From the NCBI GenBank assembly GCA_963841845.1, contig CAWJEG010000005.1, positions 335,526 through 375,525 on the forward strand: DNA of 40,000 nucleotides, read 5' to 3'. The notes beneath the pieces were generated by a model that worked only from the letters and a program-made list of their open reading frames with translations, was not told the origin of the DNA and did no database searches. The stretch is from an uncultured Chloroflexia bacterium. Lineage in GTDB: Bacteria; Chloroflexota; Anaerolineae; Anaerolineales; Anaerolineaceae. The position numbers and the translations under genes are program-made. Of the stretch, positions 19,915 through 28,744 are shown in pieces (position 1 is the first letter of the stretch; every line of letters starts with the position of its first letter).

Positions 19915-20892
19915 TTAATAAGGATTCTGCTGCCCAAAACCATCGAGGTGGCACCCAACCGCTTCCAGGTTCTGCCAGTCAAAGACCTCATCCACCAGTT
20001 TCCATGTCTCATCATTCTGGACGGTCTCACCGGGTTGGACGGTCTGCTCTGCACCATAACTTTCCATCTCAACGGTGAAGTTTCCACTGCCAATATATAT
20101 TGCCAGGTTGCATCCCAGGGGATACTTTCCCCACGAATGAAAACGGGACTGCTTGATAAATGAAATCCCTTCCTGCGGGCAGGTCATGATAATTGCGCCC
20201 AGGGGAGCCGACAGCATTCTCTTGGATTGGACACCCTCAGGATGGATGACCAGGAAATCCTCTGTCCATTTAAACTGGGGATCATCGACTTTGCAGACGT
20301 TTCCGCCCCACTGCCGCGGGATGATAACTTTTATCAGGTCCCAGGCCCGTCTGCGGTCTCCCAGAGGGATAGCATAAGTTGTCCCTTCCAATGGATGGGT
20401 GCATGTCACCGCCCATACTCCGCCTGAGTAGAGCAAGCCGCCATCATTGCGCAGGAAGTTGGTTACCTGGAAAGTACCTTCGTCCAAAAGCTTTATTCGC
20501 AACCCGCGGCTGATTTTTAATAAGGGATGGACTCCCCCTGTGACGATCAGCTCGTCTCCGGCCCAATCCACATTACACGGGGAATTATCAGATGCATAGG
20601 TGTCCTCCGATTCATCCGCATCCGGGCGGTTGATCCAAACCCGATGGCCGCCAAGCAGCTTCCAATCCCCGCGCCCGATATCATCCGCAAACCATGAAAG
20701 CAGGTTTTCTCCGCCAGGTTTACCAAAGAATGCAATCCGCGGACCTGTCCCCGTGACAACGACCATCCTTACTTTGCTGGTGACCATTTCGATTGCGTCA
20801 AATCCTGCATACGCAATATGCGTCATCTGCATGGAGCTCATCCTTTCTGCCTTTCCGGATTGGATCAATCTCCGGAAAAATAAGGCTGTCAT
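19915..20892 (-). CDS. Hypothetical protein (start uncertain: 20892, 20841 or 20832)
   Basis: Uninterrupted 325-aa ORF with protein-like composition. I recognise no motif with confidence. An AGGA lies 8 nt upstream of the Met at 20832. Confidence 0.6.
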   Translation of the reverse strand: MTALFFRRLIQSGKAERMSSMQMTHIAYAGFDAIEMVTSKVRMVVVTGTGPRIAFFGKPGGENLLSWFADDIGRGDWKLLGGHRVWINRPDADESEDTYASDNSPCNVDWAGDELIVTGGVHPLLKISRGLRIKLLDEGTFQVTNFLRNDGGLLYSGGVWAVTCTHPLEGTTYAIPLGDRRRAWDLIKVIIPRQWGGNVCKVDDPQFKWTEDFLVIHPEGVQSKRMLSAPLGAIIMTCPQEGISFIKQSRFHSWGKYPLGCNLAIYIGSGNFTVEMESYGAEQTVQPGETVQNDETWKLVDEVFDWQNLEAVGCHLDGFGQQNPY

Positions 20893-20954
20893 AAAAATGA
20901 TACAATCACTGATGGAAGTATTTTACACTTTATCTTTAGTATAGATTTGTACCA

Positions 20955-21974
20955 ATGACCGATACCCCAGGCATCCCCCAGGTAATGACCGCCATGGTTC
21001 TCGAGGAAAGCGGAAAACCTTTGCTTTGTAAAAAGGTTCCTGTTCCGCAGCCTCTTGAAGGACAGGTATTATTAAGAATCCTTGCCTGCGGGATTTGCCG
21101 TACCGACCTGCACATCCTCGATGGAGAACTCACCCATCCCAGCCTGCCGCTGATCATGGGACATGAAATTGTTGGATCGGTGGTGAAGAAAGGCATCCAT
21201 GCTGACCGTTTCGCCCTGGATCAGGTTGTCGGTGTCCCCTGGCTGGGGTATACCGACGGAACCTGCGCCTACTGCCGCAAAGGAGCCGAAAACCTGTGTG
21301 ATAACCCCGGATTTACCGGCTATACCTTAAATGGAGGCTATGCGCAGTATGTTGCCGCGGATGAGCGCTTCTGTTTTGCTTTACCACAATCCATCCCAGC
21401 CGTGAATGCCGCTCCCTTACTGTGTGCCGGATTGATCGGCTACCGCTCTTACCGCATGGCTGGTGAAAATATTCTCCGCCTGGGCTTATACGGCTTTGGG
21501 GCAGCTGCCCATATTCTTTGCCAGATTGCGGTACAACAGCATAAAGAAGTCTATGCCTTTACCCGCCCTGGTGATACATCCACACAACGATTTGCAAGAG
21601 AATTGGGCGCTTGCTGGGCAGGAGATTCCGATACCCTGCCGCCCAAAAAACTGGATGCTGCTATCATTTTCGCCCCGTTAGGGGATTTAATTCCACAAGC
21701 ATTACTGGCTGTTGATAAGGGAGGCGTGGTAATTACCGGCGGTATACACATGAGCCGTATTCCAGCATTCCCATATGATTATTTGTGGGAGGAACGGGTA
21801 ATCCGCTCGGTAGCCAACCTGACCCGCCAGGATGGGGTTGAATTTTTTGAACTCCTTTCCAGGATCGGGGTTAATACCAAGATTCAGACCTTTAAATTGG
21901 AGGAAGCAAATCTGGCTCTCATGAATCTTCGCCAAGGCCTGATAAAAGGTGCCGGGGTGCTCATCCCAGCTTAA
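20955..21974 (+). CDS. Zinc-dependent alcohol dehydrogenase (MDR superfamily)
   Basis: CGICRTDLH, GHEIVGSV, the structural-Zn Cys cluster (GTCAYCRKGAENLC) and the Rossmann GLYGFGAAAH. Confidence 0.88.
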   Translation: MTDTPGIPQVMTAMVLEESGKPLLCKKVPVPQPLEGQVLLRILACGICRTDLHILDGELTHPSLPLIMGHEIVGSVVKKGIHADRFALDQVVGVPWLGYTDGTCAYCRKGAENLCDNPGFTGYTLNGGYAQYVAADERFCFALPQSIPAVNAAPLLCAGLIGYRSYRMAGENILRLGLYGFGAAAHILCQIAVQQHKEVYAFTRPGDTSTQRFARELGACWAGDSDTLPPKKLDAAIIFAPLGDLIPQALLAVDKGGVVITGGIHMSRIPAFPYDYLWEERVIRSVANLTRQDGVEFFELLSRIGVNTKIQTFKLEEANLALMNLRQGLIKGAGVLIPA

Positions 21975-21995
21975 TGGTAAGAGGATTATGATTTA

Positions 21996-23105
21996 ATGGA
22001 CAAGCAATATTCAAGAACCCTGCAAACCCGTCATTCAGAAATACCCCTCCCAGCTTACCTTCCAGATGCCACCTTTGGAGTTGTCCGGGCGGTTGATTCA
22101 CAGGACCTGCTCCTTGCTGGTGTGGACGCCCTGGTTATGAATACCTTTCACCTGATGCAAAAACCGGGTTCGTCCACCATTCAATCGCTGGGTGGGCTGC
22201 ATTCCATGAGTGCCTGGCATAAACCGATCATGACCGATTCAGGCGGATTTCAGGCATACTCCCTCATCCGCCAGAACCCCAAAAATGGCAAACTGGATGA
22301 CAGGGGACTCACTATTTATCCCGAGGGAGCCAAACGTAAATTCTCGCTTACCCCGGAAAAGAGTATACAACTACAGATCAGCTACGGCAGTGATATTGTT
22401 ATCTGCCTGGATGACTGCACATCACCCGAAGACAGCCCAGCCGAACAGCGGATTTCAGTCCAACGAACAATTGCCTGGGCAAAGCGATGCAAACAGTCCT
22501 ACCTCCAGTTGATTGATCAAAAAAAGCTTGAGGAGGATCAGAAACCCTTGATATTTGCCGTTGTCCAGGGTGGAAAAATACCCGAATTACGAAAGGAATG
22601 TGCCGAGGCACTGCTTGAAATTGGATTTGATGGTTATGGCTATGGAGGCTGGCCAATTGACGCCCAGGGCAGCCTGGTGGTGGAGATGTTCGCACTTCTA
22701 CGAGAACTCATCCCGCCAAACTATCCTCTGCATGCCCTTGGTGTGGGTCACCCGGAGAACATCGTTACCAGTCATTCCCTGGGATTTGATCTATTTGACA
22801 GCGCCATGCCCACCCGGGATGCCCGCCACGGGCGATTGTACACATTCAGTCAATCCAATAGCGATCCCCTAACAACCAGCTCCCGCCAATGGTTCTCCTA
22901 CCTGTATATTCATGATAAACGCCACATTAAGAGCAGCCAGGCTGTATCCGCACTGTGCGATTGCCAATGCTGTCAAAATTACTCACTGGCCTATCTTCAC
23001 CACCTCTTCAAAATGGATGATGCCCTGTATCTCAGGCTGGCGACCATCCACAACCTGCGCTTTATGACTCAATTGATGGAAAGGCTGCGCAGCCAATGCC
23101 TCTGA
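21996..23105 (+). CDS. tRNA-guanine transglycosylase (TGT) family protein with a divergent base-binding pocket
   Basis: TGT blocks MTDSGGFQAYS, DIVICLDDCT, LGVGHPENI and FDSAMPTRDARHG, and the Zn site CDCQCCQNYSLAYLHHL..IHNLRF. The segment that is GGLAVGE in canonical bacterial Tgt reads GGWPIDA here. Confidence 0.85.
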   Translation: MDKQYSRTLQTRHSEIPLPAYLPDATFGVVRAVDSQDLLLAGVDALVMNTFHLMQKPGSSTIQSLGGLHSMSAWHKPIMTDSGGFQAYSLIRQNPKNGKLDDRGLTIYPEGAKRKFSLTPEKSIQLQISYGSDIVICLDDCTSPEDSPAEQRISVQRTIAWAKRCKQSYLQLIDQKKLEEDQKPLIFAVVQGGKIPELRKECAEALLEIGFDGYGYGGWPIDAQGSLVVEMFALLRELIPPNYPLHALGVGHPENIVTSHSLGFDLFDSAMPTRDARHGRLYTFSQSNSDPLTTSSRQWFSYLYIHDKRHIKSSQAVSALCDCQCCQNYSLAYLHHLFKMDDALYLRLATIHNLRFMTQLMERLRSQCL

Positions 23106-23911
23106 ACCAAAATGACCCCCTGGCGCAAACACTGGATTTGGTCAGCCGGGGTAAACGTTATGATCAGATCCATCCCGCCCTTGTCACCAGGATCGCTTCC
23201 CAGGAACTGGAAAAAAGAAAAAATGTCAAGGAAGCAGCCAGGCATACCAAAGCGAAACTGTATCAAATTAGCGGTGCTTTTATCGCGCAGCCAATAGATT
23301 TCCTAAAATGGGAGGAAGAACTTCTTCAAGTTTCAATCACACACCATCCTCCAGCCCTTAAGGAATTTTGTTTAAGGATGATGGATGTCCACATTTCCAC
23401 CCGCGAACGAATGCCTTATTTAGAGGCTTTTTACGCAGAGGTTTTCAAAGGGATTGGAACCATCCATTCCGTTCTTGACCTGGGCTGTGGGTTAAATCCG
23501 CTCAGTATCCCCTGGATGCCGCTGGCGCCGGATATTATTTACAACGGATGTGATATTTTCCTCGACCTGGTTGCGTTTAACCAGTATTTCTTGAACCAAA
23601 TAAACGTTAAAGGCAGTTCTTTTGCATGCGATCTGAGCCAGGAAGAAAATTTTCCCCCGGTCGATTTGGCTTTATTTTTGAAAACATTGCCTCTTATTGA
23701 ACAAATTGATAAAAAGTCAGCCCTGCCCTTATTAGAAAGGATACCAGCAGATATCCTCATCGTTTCCTTTCCAACCCGCAGTATAGGCGGCAAAATAAAA
23801 GGCATGTCCTCCTATTACAGGGATCATTTTGAAAAACTGATCTCAAAAAAAAGCTGGCAGGTGATTGATTACCAATTTCCAAATGAGCTGGTATTCCGTA
23901 TCCATAAATAA
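23096..23911 (+). CDS. 16S rRNA (guanine1405-N7)-methyltransferase homologue, ArmA/Rmt/FmrO family (aminoglycoside-resistance type)
   Basis: By recall it aligns end to end with ArmA/RmtB: KRYDQIHPALVTRI, AKLYQISGAF, HISTRERMPYLEAFY, the SAM loop VLDLGCGLNPL, DLALFLKTLPLIEQ, VSFPTRSIGGKIKGM and NELVF. The ATG at 23096 overlaps the TGT stop (23103-23105) by 10 nt. Confidence 0.85.
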   Translation: MPLNQNDPLAQTLDLVSRGKRYDQIHPALVTRIASQELEKRKNVKEAARHTKAKLYQISGAFIAQPIDFLKWEEELLQVSITHHPPALKEFCLRMMDVHISTRERMPYLEAFYAEVFKGIGTIHSVLDLGCGLNPLSIPWMPLAPDIIYNGCDIFLDLVAFNQYFLNQINVKGSSFACDLSQEENFPPVDLALFLKTLPLIEQIDKKSALPLLERIPADILIVSFPTRSIGGKIKGMSSYYRDHFEKLISKKSWQVIDYQFPNELVFRIHK

Positions 23912-23952
23912 TTTGCCATGATACAAATAACCAGCCAGTTAAAATAATAAAA

Positions 23953-25428
23953 ATGAAACAAACCAATAAAACGTCTCATACCCAGGAAAATAGTGCGAAA
24001 TTCCGGCATCTGCTCTCTGATGGAGATCTCCAACTGCTCCAGCAAGAATTGGAAAAACCACTCAATCCGGGTATTCGCCTGAACCGCATCAAAAGTCATC
24101 CGGTGACCATCGATGAACTGGTTTCCAGATACAACTGGGAGATTAAACCGGTCCCCTATTGCACAAGTGGTTGGCAAGTGACCAAATCTGACAAGCCGGT
24201 AAGCCAATCTGTCGAACAGCGCTTTGGGTACTATTACATCCAGGATACTGCATCCATGCTGCCCCCGGAACTGTTCGATTTCGCAGAAAATCCCTCTCCC
24301 CTTATCCTGGATATGGCTGCTTCGCCCGGGGGAAAAACCACCCACCTGGCTGACCGGAGTGGAGATTTCGGATTTATAGTAGCCAATGATAACAGCCGTG
24401 AGAGAATCACTGCGTTAAAGCTCATCCTGCAAAACTGGGGGGTTCTCAATCACGCCATCACTCAATACCCTGGAGAGATGTTCGGTTTATGGTTCCCGGA
24501 AGTCTTTGATTACGTTTTGCTGGATGCACCTTGCAGTATGCAGGGACTGCGCACAACTGCCAGTCATCCCATTCGCCCGGTTACTGACAAAGAAATCAGC
24601 AGTTTGTCCCAGCGCCAGGTACGTCTGCTTACCAGCGCATTGCAAACTGCAAGGGTAGGCGGTCAGGTAGTGTATGCCACCTGTACCTTGCAGCCTGAAG
24701 AAGATGAAGCAGTTTTGGATGCCGTTCTAATGAAATTTCCGCATCTATTCAGTGTTGTAAACCTGGAAAAATTCCTGCCCATCCCATCACCGGCTTTGCC
24801 TGGAGATGGAGCCAGGCTGTTTCACCCCTCTGTTCCAAATGCAGCCAGGCTCTGGCCCCATCGTTATGGGACATCCGGATTCTTTGCCGCTCTGCTAAGC
24901 AAAGAAGAATCTTTTCCACCTCTTGCTGGATCCACCGGCCCGGTGTCCAACCTGCAGGAGAATGGATATATTCCCATAAAATCAAAGCAACTCAGAATAT
25001 TAACCGATTTTTGCTTGCAGTTTTACGGTTATAACCTGGAAGAAAGCCTGCAAAAATTCAGCCTGGAAATTTGGCTTCGGGACAAAGCCTGTTATGCGTT
25101 CCCTTCAAAATACTTTGAGCATGGCTTTCAATTCCCAATACGCTCATTGGGAATTCAAATAGGGGAATATTCGCCGGATGGCTTCATTATCTCTCACGAT
25201 TGGGTTTCCCGTTTTTATGACCTTTTCATCAACCGGAGGTACCTGCTTCAGCCAGATGAGGAGATCTCCTGGTTGAAAGGTTTGGATATCAGAGGAAATC
25301 CCGGCACAAAGTATCCTGATGGAACAATCCTGATCGTACACGGCCAGCAGGATCGATTCCTGGGAAGAGGAGAAATTCAGCGCTACCGCATAAAAAACCT
25401 GATCCCCAGGCGGAGCATACTTCAGTGA
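23953..25428 (+). CDS. rsmF: RsmF/RsmB-family (NOL1/NOP2/Sun) rRNA cytosine-C5 methyltransferase with a C-terminal RsmF-like extension
   Basis: FGYYYIQDTASMLP, DMAASPGGKTTHLA, LDAPCSMQG (catalytic Cys), VYATCTLQPEEDE (second Cys) and GFFAALL. The ~190-aa C-terminal domain has the same overall architecture as E. coli RsmF (YebU). Confidence 0.75.
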   Translation: MKQTNKTSHTQENSAKFRHLLSDGDLQLLQQELEKPLNPGIRLNRIKSHPVTIDELVSRYNWEIKPVPYCTSGWQVTKSDKPVSQSVEQRFGYYYIQDTASMLPPELFDFAENPSPLILDMAASPGGKTTHLADRSGDFGFIVANDNSRERITALKLILQNWGVLNHAITQYPGEMFGLWFPEVFDYVLLDAPCSMQGLRTTASHPIRPVTDKEISSLSQRQVRLLTSALQTARVGGQVVYATCTLQPEEDEAVLDAVLMKFPHLFSVVNLEKFLPIPSPALPGDGARLFHPSVPNAARLWPHRYGTSGFFAALLSKEESFPPLAGSTGPVSNLQENGYIPIKSKQLRILTDFCLQFYGYNLEESLQKFSLEIWLRDKACYAFPSKYFEHGFQFPIRSLGIQIGEYSPDGFIISHDWVSRFYDLFINRRYLLQPDEEISWLKGLDIRGNPGTKYPDGTILIVHGQQDRFLGRGEIQRYRIKNLIPRRSILQ

Positions 25429-25459
25429 CTCCAGATTTACGGATTTTTGCCCTGGAGTC
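25427..25459 (+). terminator. Hairpin after the RsmF-like gene (weak terminator candidate)
   Basis: 8-bp perfect stem GACTCCAG (25427-25434) / CTGGAGTC (25452-25459) with a 17-nt loop. It is followed by A/T-rich sequence, not a clean T run. Confidence 0.3.
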
Positions 25460-25499
25460 AATTTATAATTTTAGTATTCTGTTGTATCCTTAATTCATC

Positions 25500-26531
25500 A
25501 TGGAAAACTTAAATCGGAATCATGATCAGGATTTGCCACCTGGCAGTTCGGGGATGGAAAGCAGTTCCCAATTCCTTGAGGCTATTAAACAGGCGACGCT
25601 GCAGGTATCTTCTAGCCTTAAACAACAAAATGTATTGTACAACATCCTGAAAAGTTGTTTCGAATTAATCGCAGATATTAAGAATGCCCAAATATTCCTC
25701 ATTGAGGATGAAAAAATTACATGCTGTTCAGAAATGCATGCTGATGGGAGCCTTCACCAGACATATCCCGATGCAAACCAGTATGAATGGGTTCGCAAAT
25801 TTCTCCATACAGAAGAGATGGCGCTCTTCCAGGATAGTGGCAGTTTCCCAATTTTCAAGGACTTCCCGCAAGGCTGGACAGGCTCCGTAATCGCCCATCC
25901 TTTCGAAATCCAGGATTCTGCAAAAGGTGTAATGGTGCTTGCCTTTGAGGAAAATCGTACCTTATCCAGGGATGAGAAGTTTATTTTGAACTTGCTGAAA
26001 GACCAGGCATCGGTTTCGCTCCATAACGCCTTGCTGCATAGGGTTATCGAGGAGCAAGCAATGACTGATTCCCTCACTGGCCTCCCCAACCGGCGCAGTT
26101 TGGATTACCACCTGCAGGAGGAATTGCGGCGGGGAGGTAGATACAAGCACCCATTTTCAGTGCTGCTGCTCGATATAAATCAATTTAAACGGGTGAATGA
26201 TCGTTATGGCCATCCGGCCGGGGATTCGCTTCTAAGCCAGATCGCCGAATTCCTGAAGCAGATCGTCCGCAAAACGGATTTTTTAGCCAGGTATGGAGGG
26301 GATGAATTTGCCGTCATTCTGCCAGAGGCAGATGCCGCTCTGGCGGAAAAAATAGCAGCCCGCATAAGTCAGGCGTTGAAGGATAACATCTTCCAGGTTA
26401 ATCCGGGAATTAATATTCATCTCAGCGCCAGCCTGGGCTTGACTGCATACCCTGAGGACGGGGATTCGATTCAGATACTGCTTGACAGCGCCGACCGCGA
26501 CCTGTACAGGAACAAATCTGCCCAATCCTGA
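25500..26531 (+). CDS. GAF-domain diguanylate cyclase (GGDEF) with an I-site
   Basis: The C-terminal GGDEF domain has DSLTGLPNRR, the active site RYGGDEFAV, and an RxxD I-site (RKTD) five residues upstream. The N-terminal ~170 aa is a GAF-like sensor region. Confidence 0.88.
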   Translation: MENLNRNHDQDLPPGSSGMESSSQFLEAIKQATLQVSSSLKQQNVLYNILKSCFELIADIKNAQIFLIEDEKITCCSEMHADGSLHQTYPDANQYEWVRKFLHTEEMALFQDSGSFPIFKDFPQGWTGSVIAHPFEIQDSAKGVMVLAFEENRTLSRDEKFILNLLKDQASVSLHNALLHRVIEEQAMTDSLTGLPNRRSLDYHLQEELRRGGRYKHPFSVLLLDINQFKRVNDRYGHPAGDSLLSQIAEFLKQIVRKTDFLARYGGDEFAVILPEADAALAEKIAARISQALKDNIFQVNPGINIHLSASLGLTAYPEDGDSIQILLDSADRDLYRNKSAQS

Positions 26532-26590
26532 AGAAATCATTACGGATTTTGAGCAATCATTCCTATTTGAAAAAGATCCTCAACGCCGCA

Positions 26591-27253
26591 TTAATTATCT
26601 CCAAGCAGGATGCGGCGGAATTCACCCACTGTATTCACCCGGTAATCCGGTTGATAGGTAAAATGGAGATCCACGTCCTGGCGGTTCCACTCAGCCAGGA
26701 AGGAAACGCAGCCTGCCCGGTGGGCGGATTCAATATCATGGGGTCCATCACCAATATAGACAGCCTGGCTGCCATCAGTACCCAATTGGTTCAGTGCACA
26801 ACGGATTGGAGCTGGATCTGGTTTTTGGTTGGTAGTATCATCCGCCGTTACCACAACTTCAACCATGGAAACCGCCTCCCGAGCTGCCGGGGTAAGATTT
26901 ACGGTAGCCTTATTGCTGCCGGTGACAATTCCCAGGGTGCAGCCGGCGCTCTCAAGGGAAGTCATAAGTTCATTGATTCCGTCAAAGAAACAAATTTGAT
27001 TGGCAAGTTTCTTGTAAATTTCCCGCCGGTAATGAATAATATCGTCAATCTCTTCCTGTCGTACCCCAAGTTTAGCCATGGCCTGCTTTTCTCCCATGCC
27101 AATCACCGTGGCGTGGATTTGTTCGGTAAATTCTGGATAACCAAACGCAGTCAAGGTTTCTTTCAACGAGGTATACATCAGGTCCATATTGTCCAGGATG
27201 GTGCCATCCAGATCAAAAAGGATTACATTTCTGGTTTCGATGAGTGGTGTCAT
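26591..27253 (-). CDS. HAD-superfamily hydrolase, subfamily IA (phosphoglycolate phosphatase/PpaX-like), paralogue 1
   Basis: Motif I LFDLDGTILDN, motif II GIVTGS, motif III KPDPAP, motif IV IGDGPHDIESA. Its closest relative is paralogue 2. Confidence 0.85.
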   Translation of the reverse strand: MTPLIETRNVILFDLDGTILDNMDLMYTSLKETLTAFGYPEFTEQIHATVIGMGEKQAMAKLGVRQEEIDDIIHYRREIYKKLANQICFFDGINELMTSLESAGCTLGIVTGSNKATVNLTPAAREAVSMVEVVVTADDTTNQKPDPAPIRCALNQLGTDGSQAVYIGDGPHDIESAHRAGCVSFLAEWNRQDVDLHFTYQPDYRVNTVGEFRRILLGDN

Positions 27254-27314
27254 AAGTTACAATCTTCTTTCCCATTATTTTCCCGGTATGATTTACACCG
27301 GGGATTCGTTTTCA

Positions 27315-27977
27315 TTATCCGAGCAGCAGCTGTTCGAATTCCTTGATCGTAGACACAACATAATCGGGCGTAATTTTGAGGTCGTTTTCATACCTGCTCC
27401 CATTCCAGGCAGCAAGAACCGATACACAACCAGCCCGGTAAGCGGATTCGATATCCCGCGGGGTATCTCCGATATATACGGCCTGGCTGCTATCGCCACC
27501 AAGGCGCTCCAATGCGGAGAGAATCGGGGCCGGGTGCGGTTTAGGATGGCTGGTATCCTCCATTGTCACCAGGAGCTCGAAGTAAGAAACCGCCTGCCTG
27601 GCTGCGGGAACCATCTCCACCCATTCCCGGCTGCTCCCGGTGACAATCCCGAGACGGAACCCGGTCTCCTTGAGTAAGGTAATGAGCTCCAGGATACCAT
27701 CGAAAATGGTCACTTTTGCAGCCATCTCTCTCATGATTCTCCGGCGGTAGCTGACTACCTCATCCATTTTGTCCGGAGGCACCCCAAGTTTTCGCAAGCC
27801 GTACGGTTCACCCATCCCTTGAATGGAATCATAGATTCCTTGTGTCAGGAGTGGATACCCAAACGCCGAAAGGGTAGCTTTCAGAGAGGAATATGTCCAA
27901 TCGTAATTGTCCAGAATGGTCCCATCCAGGTCAAAGAGGATAATTTTTTTGCTGTTGATGAGGGGCTGCATTTTCAT
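27315..27977 (-). CDS. HAD-superfamily hydrolase, subfamily IA, paralogue 2
   Basis: LFDLDGTILDN, GIVTGS, KPHPAP, IGDTPRDIESA. Confidence 0.85.
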   Translation of the reverse strand: MKMQPLINSKKIILFDLDGTILDNYDWTYSSLKATLSAFGYPLLTQGIYDSIQGMGEPYGLRKLGVPPDKMDEVVSYRRRIMREMAAKVTIFDGILELITLLKETGFRLGIVTGSSREWVEMVPAARQAVSYFELLVTMEDTSHPKPHPAPILSALERLGGDSSQAVYIGDTPRDIESAYRAGCVSVLAAWNGSRYENDLKITPDYVVSTIKEFEQLLLG

Positions 27978-28015
27978 CTCTTCATATTGATAATTGTCTG
28001 GCGGATTGGCAGCTA

Positions 28016-28682
28016 CTAACCTACCAATAGTTGGGTAAGTTCATCCACGGTGGAAACTATATAATCGGGTTGGTGTGGAAATCCGGAAGCATCCTTAGCT
28101 CCACGCCCAGGTAGCGAGAACCGATATTAATCCAGCCAGGGAGGCCATTGTTATATCAACAACCGTATCCCCGATAAAAATTGCCTCGCCTGGTGCTGCC
28201 CCCAACTTTTCCAGTGCAAAGCGTACCGGTTCGGGGTCAGGTTTCCCCCTGCTGGTATCGTCCGGGGTTACATACACATCCAGTTGATCTTTCAGTGCCT
28301 GGGCAGCAGGCACAGCCCTGGTTTTGTCAGTGGATCTGCCGGTTACAACTCCAACTGTACATCCCCTCTCTTTCAGAGTCCTCAGCAGTTGAGGTATTCC
28401 ATCATAATAAGTAATTTGTTCCCCGTGTTCCCCTTCCAGCCTGGTCCATTCCTTGCCAACCCGGGCAATATATTGCTCCGGTACTCCAACCGCTGTGAGG
28501 ACTTCTACCTCTTTTTTACCCCAAATTTCGGTATACACAAAACCCTCGGGGGGTTGAAATCCATAGCGCTGGAGAGCTAAAAGCATTGTGTCATATACTG
28601 CGGCAGAGCTGTCCATTAAGGTGCCGTCCAGGTCGAAGAGGATGACTTTGTAAGAATTAATAAGCGGTTCCATATATATCAT
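28016..28682 (-). CDS. HAD-superfamily hydrolase, subfamily IA, paralogue 3, interrupted by a +1 frame change at about 28105
   Basis: LFDLDGTLMDS, GVVTGR, KPDPEP, IGDTVVDITMA. The ORF ends ..LATWAWS* at 28095. The +1 frame continues AKDASGFPHQPDYIVSTVDELTQLLVG* (stop 28016-28018), matching the C-termini of paralogues 4 and 5. Removing one C restores ..ATWGGAKDASGFP.. The span is 667 nt (3n+1). Confidence 0.8.
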
Positions 28683-28744
28683 TATCCATATTATTTTTTA
28701 CATCAATAAAAACCGGCATTCTTCACAGAACGACGGTTGATTAT

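Noticed and set aside
26549-27346. Long antisense ORFs in the track. Examples are 265 aa at 26549..27346(+), 181 aa at 6293..6838(+), 165 aa at 16698..17195(+), 162 aa at 34474..34962(-), 158 aa at 23869..24345(-), and many of 60-150 aa.
   Set aside because: Each lies opposite a gene whose product has clear family motifs. The antisense translations are low-complexity or Arg/Pro/Ser-rich with no recognisable motif, and they have no SD-supported start. They are shadow ORFs of the real genes.
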